DNA of 64,000 nucleotides from Lama guanicoe. Lineage: Eukaryota. This document shows positions 1 to 11,856 of this stretch, piece after piece. The stretch lies in assembly GCA_013239625.1 (NCBI GenBank), contig MU053645.1:1294274-1358273 (forward strand), given 5' to 3'. Both the position numbers and the translations under genes were made by a program. Each line of letters opens with the position of its first letter. Position 1 is the first letter of the stretch. The notes under the pieces are model-generated. The model did no database searches. It saw only the letters and a list, made by a program, of their open reading frames with translations, and had not been told where the DNA came from.

Positions 1-294
1 CCAGACGGCACAAGTGCTATGTTACATATTGAATGCTGTATCTATATACCAGATCACCAGAAGGGAGTCGCTGAGGCATTGCAAGAAATAGATCAAGAGC
101 TAAATCACATAGACCATGTAACTCAAGACCCTGTTAAGGAATGGTGGTCATCCTTAAGCTCCTCCTGGAGATGGGGCCTAACTGTCCTGGCCATTGTAGC
201 TGCCTGTTTAGTGTTAGGATGTTGTTCTCTGTATTGTTGTTGTGGTCTTTCGGCACAGTGTTGTGCTTTATGGTCCAGTGTCCCCACGACCTAG
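1..294 (+). CDS. env: Partial (3' end) endogenous retroviral env, TM subunit, ERV-S/HERVL18-like class III ERV
   Basis: Frame 1 is open from base 1 to TAG at 292-294. Sequence GTSAMLHIECCIYIPD (CX6CC-type motif with first Cys as Ser), heptad-like segment, DPVKEWWSSL membrane-proximal region, hydrophobic TM anchor, Cys-rich tail CCSLYCCCGL as recalled for HERV-S env. Followed directly by a PPT and LTR. Confidence 0.88.
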   Translation, partial: PDGTSAMLHIECCIYIPDHQKGVAEALQEIDQELNHIDHVTQDPVKEWWSSLSSSWRWGLTVLAIVAACLVLGCCSLYCCCGLSAQCCALWSSVPTT

Positions 295-303
295 GGGGTG
301 GAG

Positions 304-594
304 TGTCGGCAGCCTTAAGTGAGTAGGCCGTGGGGCCCAGGCCGAAGTTCACAATAGTTCGCACCTGGTAATAGGTAAATGTATGCATGCGCCAGTAGCG
401 TGAGTCGTCATTATGAACAATACACATGCGCCACTAGCATTATAAAAAGAACAAGTGTGTACACCTGAGTGTGGCACATACCACCCACTTGTACTGCAAT
501 AAAGTGCTGTTTTGCTCCATGTCGGCTTCTCGTGCCTTCTTCCAGTTGGGCAGCTCACCTCCTCGATTCCCTCTTCAGCCTCCCTCAGCTGACA
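304..594 (+). mobile_element. 3' LTR (291 bp) of the ERV-S-like provirus
   Basis: Class III-type PPT AGGGGGTGGAG (293-303). Termini TGTCGGC...GCTGACA are imperfect inverted repeats with TG..CA. TATAAAA at 441, AATAAA at 498-503, 11 CpGs. Confidence 0.88.
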
Positions 595-767
595 GATTGA
601 TAGACATTTCTGGAAAGGGTTAGTTAATTACACTGACCTCCCATTGCCTTTTCCAAAGGGAGTTGAATTTATTGGCCTAAGCATTTTATCTATCAAATGA
701 CTAGCATTTTTTTCAAGTTTTGAATTTTTTCCCACATCATAGTGTTATTTATTTATTTTTGTATATA

Positions 768-928
768 TATTTTTATTGAAGTGTAGTCAGTTTATAATGT
801 GTCAATTTCTGGTGTACAGCATATGTTCATTTTCATATTTTTCACCATAAGTTACTACAAGATACTGAATACAGTTCCCTGTTATACAATATGAACTTGT
901 TTATCTATTTTATATATGTTAGTATCTG
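768..928 (-). mobile_element. Artiodactyl/camelid L1 3' terminal fragment
   Basis: ttttattgaagtgtagtcagttt...ggtgtacagc...agttccctg matches the L1 3' tails at 30550, 37900, 48085. Confidence 0.8.
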
Positions 929-1039
929 TGAATTACTTTTTCAATCTGAAGAGAATAAAGGAAAAGAAATATTCCCTTATATTGTCTTTTATAATTGTAT
1001 AATTGCCTTTACTGGTGGTGGGGTTTTTTTTTTCATGTG

Positions 1040-2830
1040 GATTGAAATTACTTTGGGGGGATCACTGGCTTTCATACATAAGAACCTCATTTAGTATTTC
1101 TTATAAGATCGGTTTTTTGCAACAAATTCTATCATTTCATCTGAGAATGTTTGTATTTTGCCTTAATTTTTGAAATCTTTTGCTAGATGTGGATTCTTAA
1201 TTCATAGTGGGTTTTTTGTTTTTTTGGTTTTTTTTTGCTTTCAGCACTTTGAGTATGTCATTCCACTGCTTTCTGGCCTCCATTGTTTCCAAGAGAAATA
1301 ATCATTTTCTCTTGTTGGGGTTCCTTTGTATGTGATGAGTCACTTTTTTCTTCCTGCTTTTAAGATTTTTCTCTTTGTCTTTCCCTTTCAGCACCTTTAC
1401 TACGATGTGTCTGCATGTGGATCTCTCGATGTTTATCCTTGTTATAGTTCACTGGCCTTCTTGGTATGTAGATTCATGTTCATTCAAATGAGGGAGGTTT
1501 TCAGCCATTATTTCTGCAAATTTTTTTCCTACTCCTTTCTCTCCTCTCCTTTAGGTACCTCCATTACGTATAATTTAGTGTGTTTTTAATGGCATCCAAC
1601 ATTTCACCAAGGCCCTATTCATTTTTTTCATTATTTTTTCTCTCTTCTTCAGACTACATAATATCTATCGATCTTCAAGTTCATTGATTTTTTTTTTATT
1701 CCGCCAGTTGAAATCTACTACTGGGCTCCTGTAACACATATTCATTTTCAGTATTGTACTTCACAACTCCAGAATTTGCATTTGATTCTTTTTAAAAAAT
1801 AATTTCTACCTCTTGTTATTCTCTATTTTGATTGCATTTTCATCATAAATTATTTTACTTCTTTAAACACAGTTCACTTCAGTTATTTAAACATTTATAG
1901 TGAAGTCTTTGTCCATTAAACCTGACATTTTGGCCCCCTTACAGGCAGTTTCTGTTGCCTGGTTGTTTTGTTTCATTTTTCCTTTTCTTTATTGTAAATG
2001 GATCATGCTTTTCTGGTTTGTTTGTTTTTGCATATCTTATCAATTGGGGTTGGAAATTGGATATTTAAGGTAATATATTGTAGCAGCTCTGTACAGCGAT
2101 TCCCCTCCCCACTCTTTGGGGCTTGTTTTTGTTTGTGTGTTTATTTGTTTAATAACCTGGCTAGACTATTTTAGTGAAGCCTATTTTTCCCACATGTGAA
2201 GCCATTGGGGTCATTCCTCAGAAGACAAAGCTTAAGCCATGCACACAATCATCCCGGATGACTGTACTTTTAGCAGGGCTCTCTTTAGCTGTCTCTTTCC
2301 CTGACCTCTCTGTTAGGTTGCGTGCCTCTCTTGGTATCACATCCAGCTGTTATGCTCCAGTAATTGGACTGATTTCTCTATTGTTTTCAACAATGCTCTG
2401 CACCTAACTTGTTCCATGGTCTGAACCAGTTCAATTTGGGCAAGACTAGTTGTAGGGAGCCAGCCTTTGACGTTTGCTCTGACCCCAGGATGGCTCTTCA
2501 TTGCTGTCTCTAGTGAACTTGCTATCCCATGGTTTACCTTGTTCTTAATTAAAAAGAGCTACTAGCCTCCTCTTGCTTGGTTACCAGCAAAATCTCTACT
2601 GTTTTCAAGAGTTCCCTTAGGCTTGAACTTCCCTCATATTCTGTTTCAAATAAGTCAGTTCATTTCAGGAAAGCTTCAAAACTTTCTGTTCTTATGGAAT
2701 AAATATTTCTTTATGTGCTCTATGCTCTTTGAATAATTTCCAGTTTTTTTAAAGGTTTCATCAGTTATGCTTGTTTCAACAGGGAGTGGACCTGTGGGGC
2801 TCCTCATGCTGCCATTCAAGAAGTAGAACT
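1040..2830 (-). mobile_element. Ancient L1M (L1MC/ME-type) 5'UTR/ORF1 region
   Basis: T-rich antisense ORF1 hallmarks: ttcagcactttgagtatgtcattccactgctttctggcctccattgtttc, ttcagccattatttc. Confidence 0.75.
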
Positions 2831-2879
2831 CATAAATGAGTTTTTAAAGTTAAAACCTTTGTGAAGTGGGTTTGCATAG

Positions 2880-3830
2880 CAACACAAACTCTGCCCTCAA
2901 GAAGCAAGTATTTATCAGAAGGAAGAGGAAAATTCACAATGACTCAGGAGAGAGTACAGTTTGAAGTTGACTTCAAACAGGAGAAACTACCTAGAGGAGG
3001 GAAAATAATGTTGGGAGGAATCAGGGAAGGCTTCATGAAGGAGGTGGCATCTGAAGGTGGTTTGAAATAGAGGTGGATATGAAGAGGGAAATTTCAGGCA
3101 GAAGACATAGCCTCAGTTCATTCATTTGTTCAGTAAATATTTATTGAGAGCCCGCTATATGCCAGACACTGTTTCTAGATGCTGGGTATATAGCAGTGAA
3201 CACCACAGACTAAAATCTCTGGCTGAATGAAACAAATTCTGATGGTAAGGGGAAGGGGGGTTGAAGAAAAGAAATTTATTATACAAATAAGTGGTATAAT
3301 AAAGCAAAGAATGGTACTATGGAAAAAATAAAGCAGGGTAAGTGATATAAAGAGGGCCAGGAAGACTGTAATTTTAAATAAAGTAGTCAAAGACGGCCTC
3401 AGAGGAAAATCAAGCTTTGGGGAGTATCTTAAAGGAAATATGGGAACAAGCCCATTCTGTAACTGGGACAGAATGTTCCAGGCAAAAGAAACAGAAAGTA
3501 CAAAGGCCTTGAGTGCAAAGGAGCATGCTCAGCAAAGGAAAACAGCAAATAGACCGGTGTGGCCAGTACGGAGTAAGGATTCAAAGTGGTAGGATTCAAG
3601 TTCAATGAATTAGCAGGGGGACCAGAGAGGCTAGGCATGAGTAAGTATGTATGGCAGAACTTCGTGGTATATTTGATGAGAAAAGGGAGCCATCCAATGT
3701 GGTCTGTGGCCCAGTGTCCCTAGAAAGGACAAGTAAGATAGAGACCTAGAACAATGGATTGGAGCCAATAGGTGGAGGGCCTTAAATGGCAGACTGAGAG
3801 GCTTGTATCTAACTTGGTGGAAAAGACAGA
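2880..3830 (-). mobile_element. L2 LINE fragments
   Basis: cattcatttgttcagtaaatatttattgag tail; gaaggcttcatgaaggaggtggcatctga; gttccaggcaaaagaaacagaaagtacaaaggcc. Confidence 0.7.
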
Positions 3831-5105
3831 ACTTCATAGGTATAACCTTCAAAACCCAGACTTATAAGGAGGTAGTATATGTCACCGTCTCCTCTCTCCT
3901 CATCCTCCTTGTTTTATTACCATCACCCTGCTGAGTCCAGAAGTGGACAAGAGGCAAGGTCAAGCATCAGAAGGTGGGCACAGGCCAGGGATAACCACTG
4001 CGCTGGCTCTCCCTTCTCACACTGGGGAGGAGGTGGGGAGGAGATCCCCGCCTATTTTACTACATTGGCAGGAAACTTCTTACATCTCCCTTAAATCCCT
4101 TTACCTTCAATTTATTCCTTAGAGAAGCAAGCAACTCTTTCATCAGCCTGTTTCTGAAGAGAACAGGAAGAAAAATAAGACTCTGAAAAACCTGTCACCC
4201 CTAAAGAAAGGAAGCCAATATTTATTTATTTTTATAATCACCAAGAAAACTCTTGTCAATAAGAAAGTCAGATATCACTAAACATCAGCACATTTGCCAG
4301 AAAGGGGAAAGCCAGTTATAAACAGCCTTTTCAATAAATTGATCAGAGTCTGGGCTTTTATTACTAAAAGAAAATCCTCTGCATATAATAAAAAAAAATC
4401 CCAATCATAGAACAACAACAACAACAAATCAGCAATCCAGAGCTTAAAGAAGCACTTCTGACACTTAGGGAAATGGTTCTATTACATTAGGAGCCAAGAC
4501 TGTCTCTATGCTGATGGTTTAAATTGGACTTGTAATTCAAATAGCAATGCTATAGGTTAAGGTTTCTAGCTTTGATGTGAGTACCCTTAAAGCACTGAGA
4601 AGTTGGGGCCAATCTTCAAGAAAGGGAGCGCCATAAGGTAATTAATCATTGCAGTGTGTTTCTAGATAAACACTCTTATACAGCATTCTAGCAATTGGAA
4701 CTCTCAGCTGTCATTTCAGTTCATTTATAGCACAAGGAAAACTGCTCCTTTTATTAAGATGCCCTGGCAACATCATGTGATTCTGTAGTGTATACTAGAT
4801 CATCAGAAAAAATTTTAAGTATCCTCAACATCAATTTACTGTCAAGTATATGATACTGCTGTTTCAGTATTTGCACACTGGTATATGGATGATAACTTTT
4901 TATTAATCAGACTGCTGGATTGGCCAGATCATCATTTTCCTTAGCCATTCCCAATAGCTGATATTTTAACACAAGAAAAATCACGTTTTACTAGAAAGTA
5001 TTGTTACAGAGCAAGAACACACACCAGGAGTAGCTTTATCATTGCATGCCATGGCCTTGGGATCTGCTCAAAACTCAAAGATCTTTTAACAAACTTTCAA
5101 AACCC

Positions 5106-5464
5106 TGTTTTAGACAATTCAGGCTGTTTTAACAAAAATACCATAGACCTGATTATTTAAACAACAAACACACATATCTCACAATTCTGGAGGTTCTTAG
5201 TAATGGCCTTCTTCCTTGTCTCCTTGTATCCTCACACAGTGGAGGGAGGGAGAGAGAAGGAGAGAGAAGGAGGAAGAGGGGGAGCGAGAGGGAGAGAAAG
5301 CTCTCTGGCTCTGGTCTCTTTTTATAAAGGCACTAATCCCATTAATAAGGGCTCCACCCTTATGACCTAATTACCCCCAAAAGGTCCTACCTCCTAACCA
5401 TCACACTGGAGGTTCAGATTTCAACATACAAATTTGGGGGTGACACAGCATCCAGTCCACAACA
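5106..5464 (-). mobile_element. MaLR solo LTR (MLT1A-like)
   Basis: aacaaaaataccatagac...ttttataaaggcactaatcccatt...atttcaacatacaaatttgggggtgacacagcatccagtccacaaca. Confidence 0.85.
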
Positions 5465-6159
5465 AACCCCTACTCTATAAAAGAATGCCCACTTTAGGCA
5501 GGAAGTTTACCTTAAAAACACCAAGAACCATTGCAAACCTCGAAGAACTGCCCTCAACACCCAGCCCCATACTGCCCCCAGTATAAATATCCACTTCTTA
5601 GAACATAAGACACCATCTTAGGGATCTGGGTAGATGTTATTTACTTCCCATGAAGGTACCAAAGAAAACTCACACTTGTCAAAAACATCTCTAATTAACT
5701 CTCAAAAAGTAAAATTTCACTTTGTTGGACTTTCACTGCATGCTGGTTATTTTAGATCGTACACATTGAAGCAAAGCAGCAAAGCTCCACACAGAACACA
5801 CCAGGGTAGGAATCAGAAAATCTGAGAAATTTTTTCTGTTGCTGCTGCTGTTGTTGTTGTTTTTAAAATCATCTGTTCCTCATTTGGTATCTCTGTTTTT
5901 CTCTCTCTAAATTGCCTTGGGAGGAAGTGGGGGTGTTATTGTCACCTGACGAGGATGTGGTACAGAATAATAAAAAAGTGCCTGCAAATCATTTAGAATG
6001 CCTTGGAGATAAATACCAACTAGATACTATTATAGTATCATTAATAAGCTAAAAATAATAGGCACATTTAGTGAAAATGCTGTGCTAACATAAAAGACAG
6101 TGTTTCATAGAAGAAAGGATAGATTTGGATCTTGGTATTTTTCTTTCTCTTCTTCCTAG

Positions 6160-6395
6160 GATTGCTACTCCGTCATGAATCATACTAGACATCCATTCTC
6201 AGGTCCTCTGTGTCAACCTCCTTACGTGACGACCAGGACTCAAAAGTTGTTTCTCTTTTCCTTGTCGTGATCACAAGCTTTAGACACAACTGTGATCATA
6301 GCAATTCACTCCAGATTGACAAAACCATTATCAATGTGGAATCTTTCTAAATCTTTCAATTAGAAAATGTCAATAAACAGAACTTTCTCTTTCAT
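6160..6395 (+). other. Putative 3'-terminal exon of an unidentified + strand gene
   Basis: Strong acceptor tttttctttctcttcttcctag|G at 6159/6160, four CpGs in the next 110 nt, stops in all frames by 6270, AATAAA at 6372-6377. Reading frame is unknown. Confidence 0.5.
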
Positions 6396-8644
6396 ATGCC
6401 AAAAGTTCATACAAGAATGCTAATACCTTTTCAGCAATTTAAACCCTCTGCCACTTTAGATCATCTTTCACTTCTTTTGTCAGGATTATGGCATGAAAGT
6501 GTTATGCTTTAAATTATTTATCATGTCACTTCTTAGAGTCATCTCCTTTTTTAGCTGAATTAAGAGATTAGGCACATTGGAATAAAATAACCCATGGACT
6601 TTGAAATATATAGTAAGGTGAAATTATTTTTAATGATACCTTTGATTTATATTTTAATTTAAATGCACAGATAAAGTGGTATCATTAAACATACTTTAAC
6701 TTTTTATAATAAATCAATGGTACCTTAATTATTATGTTATAAAGTAAGGACACATAAATTATTCATACATATCTACTGCAAATTGAATTTTTAAAACTAG
6801 CTTTATTTTCCGTATTCTCGTCTCATCTTAACCACTAGTGGAAAATAGTCCATTTCACAGCCACTGCTAATATGACACAGTTGGTAGTCTTTACTCAGAA
6901 TAGGCTTAAAAGTGAATGAAAAGAGAAATGTCAATGTTGTAGAATATAGATCAGATGAGAACATACTTCCAGCAAAATTGAGCATTTACTCAATGACAGA
7001 CAGAATAAGGAATGAGTTCTCAAAAATGTTACTGGTGATTAAAGGAGAATTTAGACATCCAAATATCTTAGATTTTGTTCTTTGGGGGTTATAGATTTTG
7101 TGACAATTTCTTGTTTAACTCATTATTTGATAACATTGCACTAAGGACCTCCCTCTCCTTCCCTGCTTGCTCCAATTCACCTGTGCAATTTGCTCCTATT
7201 CCCTAAAGGCCTGGGTAAGCACAGAACTCTCACTTTATGCCTTGTTAGGTGTGAAGAACAGGCAGGGGTGAGGACCAGGAATTAGTGGCATGATGGAAGC
7301 TATGGATTCAGCCCCTTACAAGGTCACAGTTTTGTCTCCTTGGTGTTCTCCTAGGCTGGTGGAGAAATTGAGATGAGACAAAGGCCCTGTTTAATCCCTC
7401 TCTGCAGTTCCAGTTGCCATGCCACACAGGCTCTCCCATTTTCATTACTACCCAGGTGGGGCTTTCTTTAGTAAAAAGCAACCATCTGATTCTGCTCCTC
7501 CTTCCTTTTGGTACCTTGCTCCCAGGTGCCCAGGCTGGCCCTCTGGCTTCCCAAGGGTTCCCATTTCATCACCTCACCTGAGCCTTCTCTTTCCCAGCAG
7601 CACTCTACACTTGAAATCTTTCCCCTTCTCCTCACACCCTTCAAACTTGACCTTCCCTTGGCTCCAGCCCCTTTGAACTTTGCTTTCTATCTGCAAACAG
7701 AGAAGGCGATAACGGGCTGTTGTAGTAACATATATAGTATTGAATGCTAACAGAAGCCTTTTCTTTATCCCCAAGAAGAGCTCAGGAATGACCAGCTCTG
7801 CAACAAGAAGGGAAGTCACTGTGTGGGGAACCAGACCCCTTCATCCTCATCCCCCACAGTGCTAGATTACCCAAAGGCACAGAAGACACTACTGAAGGCA
7901 CAACAGATCAGCTGTCCCCACCCACTTCCTCACCAAGAAGAACAAATTCTGAAAGATGTTGGTATTTGATAAATAAAGGGGAAAAAATCAATGATTTAGT
8001 CATATGGGGGAAAATTAGAACCTTAAAATTTTTCTTTCAGTTATTTTAACATTTAGAGTCTTTACGGGTGGATACATAATCTTAGTGCTTAGAACCTCTA
8101 AAAGCCGTCCCTGCCCCAAGGCTAGGTGAGGGAAGGTGGACTGTTATTGCCACTGCCACTGCCACTACCCTTTCCCCCCGTAAGGTCAAGCATAGGTAGG
8201 ATGCAGGGAGGAGGAGAATGCAAGCCATAGCACATGGGGCCAAGGGCAAGTGCAGGAACCATAGCTCTATAGCCTTTTTAATGGTTTCAGGCTCTTTAAT
8301 GGTTTAGTGGTTAATGGTTTAATGGCTTCACCTCATTAAAGGGCCTGGGATGCCTCTACTTTGCTCCTAGGATATATGTCAATGCAAGCAAAAATGATCA
8401 GTACCAATGTGAGGCAGAAGAGTATTTGGTGACCCTCCTAACTCTGGCCCTTCCCCACAAGTGTCTGTCCCCTCCAGAGTTTACTGTCCCTAACTGCTCC
8501 ACTGAAGCTCAAAAGCCAATCAGGTTTGTATTTCTTTCTGTCCTTGCCTCTCCGCCCCCTGCTCCCTGCCCCTCCAAACCATTAGAACTAATTTGGTAAA
8601 CTCATTTCTACTAATGAGTTGATGGCACAATCATTTGCAAAAAT

Positions 8645-8880
8645 AACATGAGCCTGGCAATCAGATAAACTTGGATTCAAATTCTAGCCGCACCAATACA
8701 ATACTTACGAGCTGTATGACCTTGGGCAAAGTAACCAGCCTCACTGAGCCTCAGTTCCTCAGCTGTAAAATGAGTATAATCATCGTATAGACTTTATTAG
8801 ACATTGTTTTGAGAATTAAATAATATAGTATATGAAAAGTATTTATATTGGCAGGTAGACAGTCAGTGTTAATTCCTTTT
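8645..8880 (+). mobile_element. MIR SINE
   Basis: gctgtatgaccttgggcaaagt...gagcctcagttcctcagctgtaaaatg core. Confidence 0.85.
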
Positions 8881-8949
8881 TCTCCAATGAGAAAAGAAAA
8901 CACATGTGATATTTGCATAGTGAGGTTACAACCCAATGTCTTTGGTTTT

Positions 8950-9630
8950 GAATTCAAGCAACAAAATATTTGTGGACCATCTACTATGTGGCAGGCACTT
9001 TTCTAGTTTCCGGGGATTAGCACTGAATGAAATAGACAAAATTCTACACCCTTATGGTGCTTATATTCTACTGGAGAGAGCTAGATCCTAAAAAAGAAAT
9101 AGGTATGTATATAACATGCCAGAGGTTTATAGTGATATGAAGAAAGATAAAGCAGTGACAAGGGAATAGACTGAGGTATGCAGGGAGCATTGCAATTTAA
9201 AATAGAGTGCTCATGGTGGAAAGCTCTACATAGATACCTGGGGAAAGTTCATGCCAGGCAAAGAAGACAACAAGTACAAAGGCTATCAGGTGGGAGTGTG
9301 CCTGGTGTGTTCAGAGAATGGCAAGGAGGCCAGTGTGGCTGGAACAGTGTTAGTGAGGGGAACAGTAACAGAATCTCAGAGAGTTTCGGTGTGGAGTCAG
9401 ATCATGTAGACCTTGTAGGTCATAGAAATCAATCTGGCTCTTACTTTGTGTGAGATGAAAAGCCACTGGCAGGTTTTTGAGCAGAGCAGTGACATGACCT
9501 GTCATGCATCTCAGAAGTCACTCAGTGGCTGTGTTGAGAGAAATGGTAAGGGCAGAAGCACAAGTCCAGCCAAGAGATGATGGTGGCTTAGACTGGACTG
9601 ACAGCAGTGGGGATGGAGAGAAGTAGATTG
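8950..9630 (-). mobile_element. L2 LINE fragment
   Basis: ctactatgtggcaggcac; gcaaggaggccagtgtggctggaacag; ttttgagcagagcagtgacatgac; agagatgatggtggcttagac. Confidence 0.85.
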
Positions 9631-9844
9631 GTTATGATATGTTTACCCATATCAAAGGGGGGGAAATGCTTGGGAGAATACTAAATTAGCAATTAGCGTA
9701 AGAGGGAAAGATTGTTGGGGTGTAAGGTTTTCAGGAAGTCTGACGCTCATAGAACACATTGCAGGAAAGGAGGACAACATTGTGAAAAATATGTAGAAAA
9801 TCGATTTGAGGCAGACATCCTTATAGGGCTTTGTGATCCATCTA

Positions 9845-10055
9845 GGTCATAGTTTTCAACCCTCTCTGTGCATTGGACCTCCTGCAGAGATGTTTTAAAA
9901 TGTAACAAAACAAAAACAGGAAACATCAATTCTCCAGGCCCCATTCCAGACTGATTAAATCTGAATGTGTGAGGGTCAGGGCCTGGGTATCAGTATTTTT
10001 CACAGCTCCCCAGGTAATCCTAAAATACATCCAAGGCTGGTAACCACTGACCTAG
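9845..10055. mobile_element. MER5-type hAT-Charlie MITE
   Basis: tagttttcaaccct...gggcctgggtatcagtattttt...gctccccaggtaatcctaa...aaccactg. Confidence 0.75.
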
Positions 10056-10472
10056 ATACAAGTCCGGCTTTGCCACTCAACTTTAGCAAGAAGCTCCAGA
10101 TGGATTCTGCTTCTGGGAATATCAGTGGGTTAGTCGAATCTATTGCCTTGATCATGTGATACAGAATGTTGCCACAAATCAGGAATTTCCAAATCCGTCC
10201 AGAACTGCTTACTGCCCACCCCTCTTTCCCAGTGAGTTCCATCCCTTCTAATGAAGTTTGCTTTCTCACAGCCGTCCAATTCCAAACCTAGACTGAAGCG
10301 ACCATGTTAATCATTTTTCCTGCTGCTCTACCTGGTACCACGTACGAAGGCTGCTTCTTCTAGCAAGCTTTGATCACTTAATACACAGCAGCAGAAGGCT
10401 CCCCCTACCCCATCTACAAACATCCCCACTCGGAGCTTCAAATACTTCTCTGAAGTGTTTTACTAGTATGAA

Positions 10473-10655
10473 AGCTGGAGTTCCCCACATTGATTGCACG
10501 TTAGAATCACACAGCTTTAAAAAATACCCAGGCTCAGGCCTCATCCCACACCCATTTAATCGGAATAGCTGGTGGTGGGGCCCAGGGATCAGCAATTTTT
10601 CAAAAGCTCTCCCGCTTTTTCTAATGTACAGCCACAGTTGGGAATCACTGTTCTA
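10473..10655. mobile_element. MER5-type hAT-Charlie MITE
   Basis: ttagaatcac...ggggcccagggatcagcaattttt...ctaatgtacagccacagttgggaatcactg. Confidence 0.75.
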
Positions 10656-10790
10656 CGTCTGTTTTTAATATCAGTCCTCTAACTTTACACCTCACAGTTT
10701 TGTTTTAAAATCTGTTTTCTTGAGTGTACCTAGGGAGCAAAATGAAAATCTCGTATTCTAAGAAATAATAACCTTAACAACACTAAGAAG

Positions 10791-11010
10791 CAGTGATGTA
10801 ACAAGGATGGGGTGGTGGAACAACTGCCCTCAGTGCCGACAGTCAGGGGTATATTTTCCGTAGAGAATTTTCAAATAATAAGAAAATTGACTAAAAGTCA
10901 ATTTGCTTTTTATTATCACCATGTGCCATCATTTCTAAACAATGTTAGTGATAAAATCTTCTCACAAGGCAGATTGCTCCTCCTGCCCTTCCCTCTTCCT
11001 ATGTCTCTGC
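10791..11010 (+). mobile_element. MER97-like hAT-Tip100 DNA transposon fragment
   Basis: cagtgatgtaacaagg...gtagagaattt...gactaaaagtc...gctttttattatcaccatgtgcc...tctaaacaatgttagtgataaaat resembles the recalled MER97 consensus. Confidence 0.65.
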
Positions 11011-11293
11011 TAACAAATCATCACTTTCATAACGAGTTGGGGGGAGGCGAGTGCAATTGCTATAAGTCGGTTTCAGCTGTAATTTCACAATGGCGAGTAA
11101 GAGAAAGACATCTTTGCACAAAGAATTTTCTAGAGTTGTTAAAGCAATTTAGGGAGAGAAGGCATTCTTTAACTATAGTAGCTTTGCATAATAAGCTCCC
11201 CTCTTTTTCTTGCAAAATAATAGTTATGTTTGAATAAAAGCACCCGATAGATGGGTAGATGTAATACCCATACACCCTGCTTTGTACAACTAA

Positions 11294-11843
11294 TGTAGTA
11301 GATAGAATGAATTGGCACACAGTGTCCTTTCCCACCTCCTTCCAGTGTGCCTGCCTATAATACAGTTACTAGAAAGCTAAACACTCCAGGGTTCTGGATG
11401 CAAATTAGGAACATTTAAGTGAGGTAGGAACTTCTTCCTGCTGCTTTAGCCATTGCTAATCACCAAAAGCAAGATCTGGAAGCCTTGGGTCTTGCTGCAG
11501 CAACATTCCAGGGTCCAATCACTAGACTTGTGAGTATTGAGAGGTAGTTGTAGTAATGGCAGTGAATTCCTTATTACTGGGTTGCAGATATGGCAATGTT
11601 GTCTTAGGGTCCACTTTAATGTTCTAGTCATGATCTCCTCACTGCTGTCATGCCTCACCTTCCTGAATGTAGCAGAGTTAACAGTACCCCTGATGGGCCA
11701 GTTAGTCCTTCCTAGAAGCCTAGCGTAGAGTCCACTTCTGTAGCCAAGAATTTTATAAGCACCTGGGTCCCTGTATTAAACCATTATCTACTTAGAATAG
11801 CCTGAGTTGTTCTGTTTCATATAAAGGAATGCTAACTGACACA
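11294..11843 (+). mobile_element. LTR33-like 5' LTR of an ERV-L provirus
   Basis: gaaagctaaa...agggttctggatg; 3' end ttctgtttc...ctaactgacaca, then PBS remnant TGGTACCA (tRNA-Leu type) at 11849-11856. Confidence 0.75.
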
Positions 11844-11856
11844 GTATTTGGTACCA

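Noticed and set aside
6629..6689. 12-bp inverted repeat tttaatgatacc / ggtatcattaaa as a pre-miRNA or MITE
   Set aside because: Short AT-rich stem with a poorly paired 37-nt interior; compatible with chance.
10812..11237. 141-aa ORF
   Set aside because: Non-ATG start, begins inside a MER97-like element, no recognisable protein motif.
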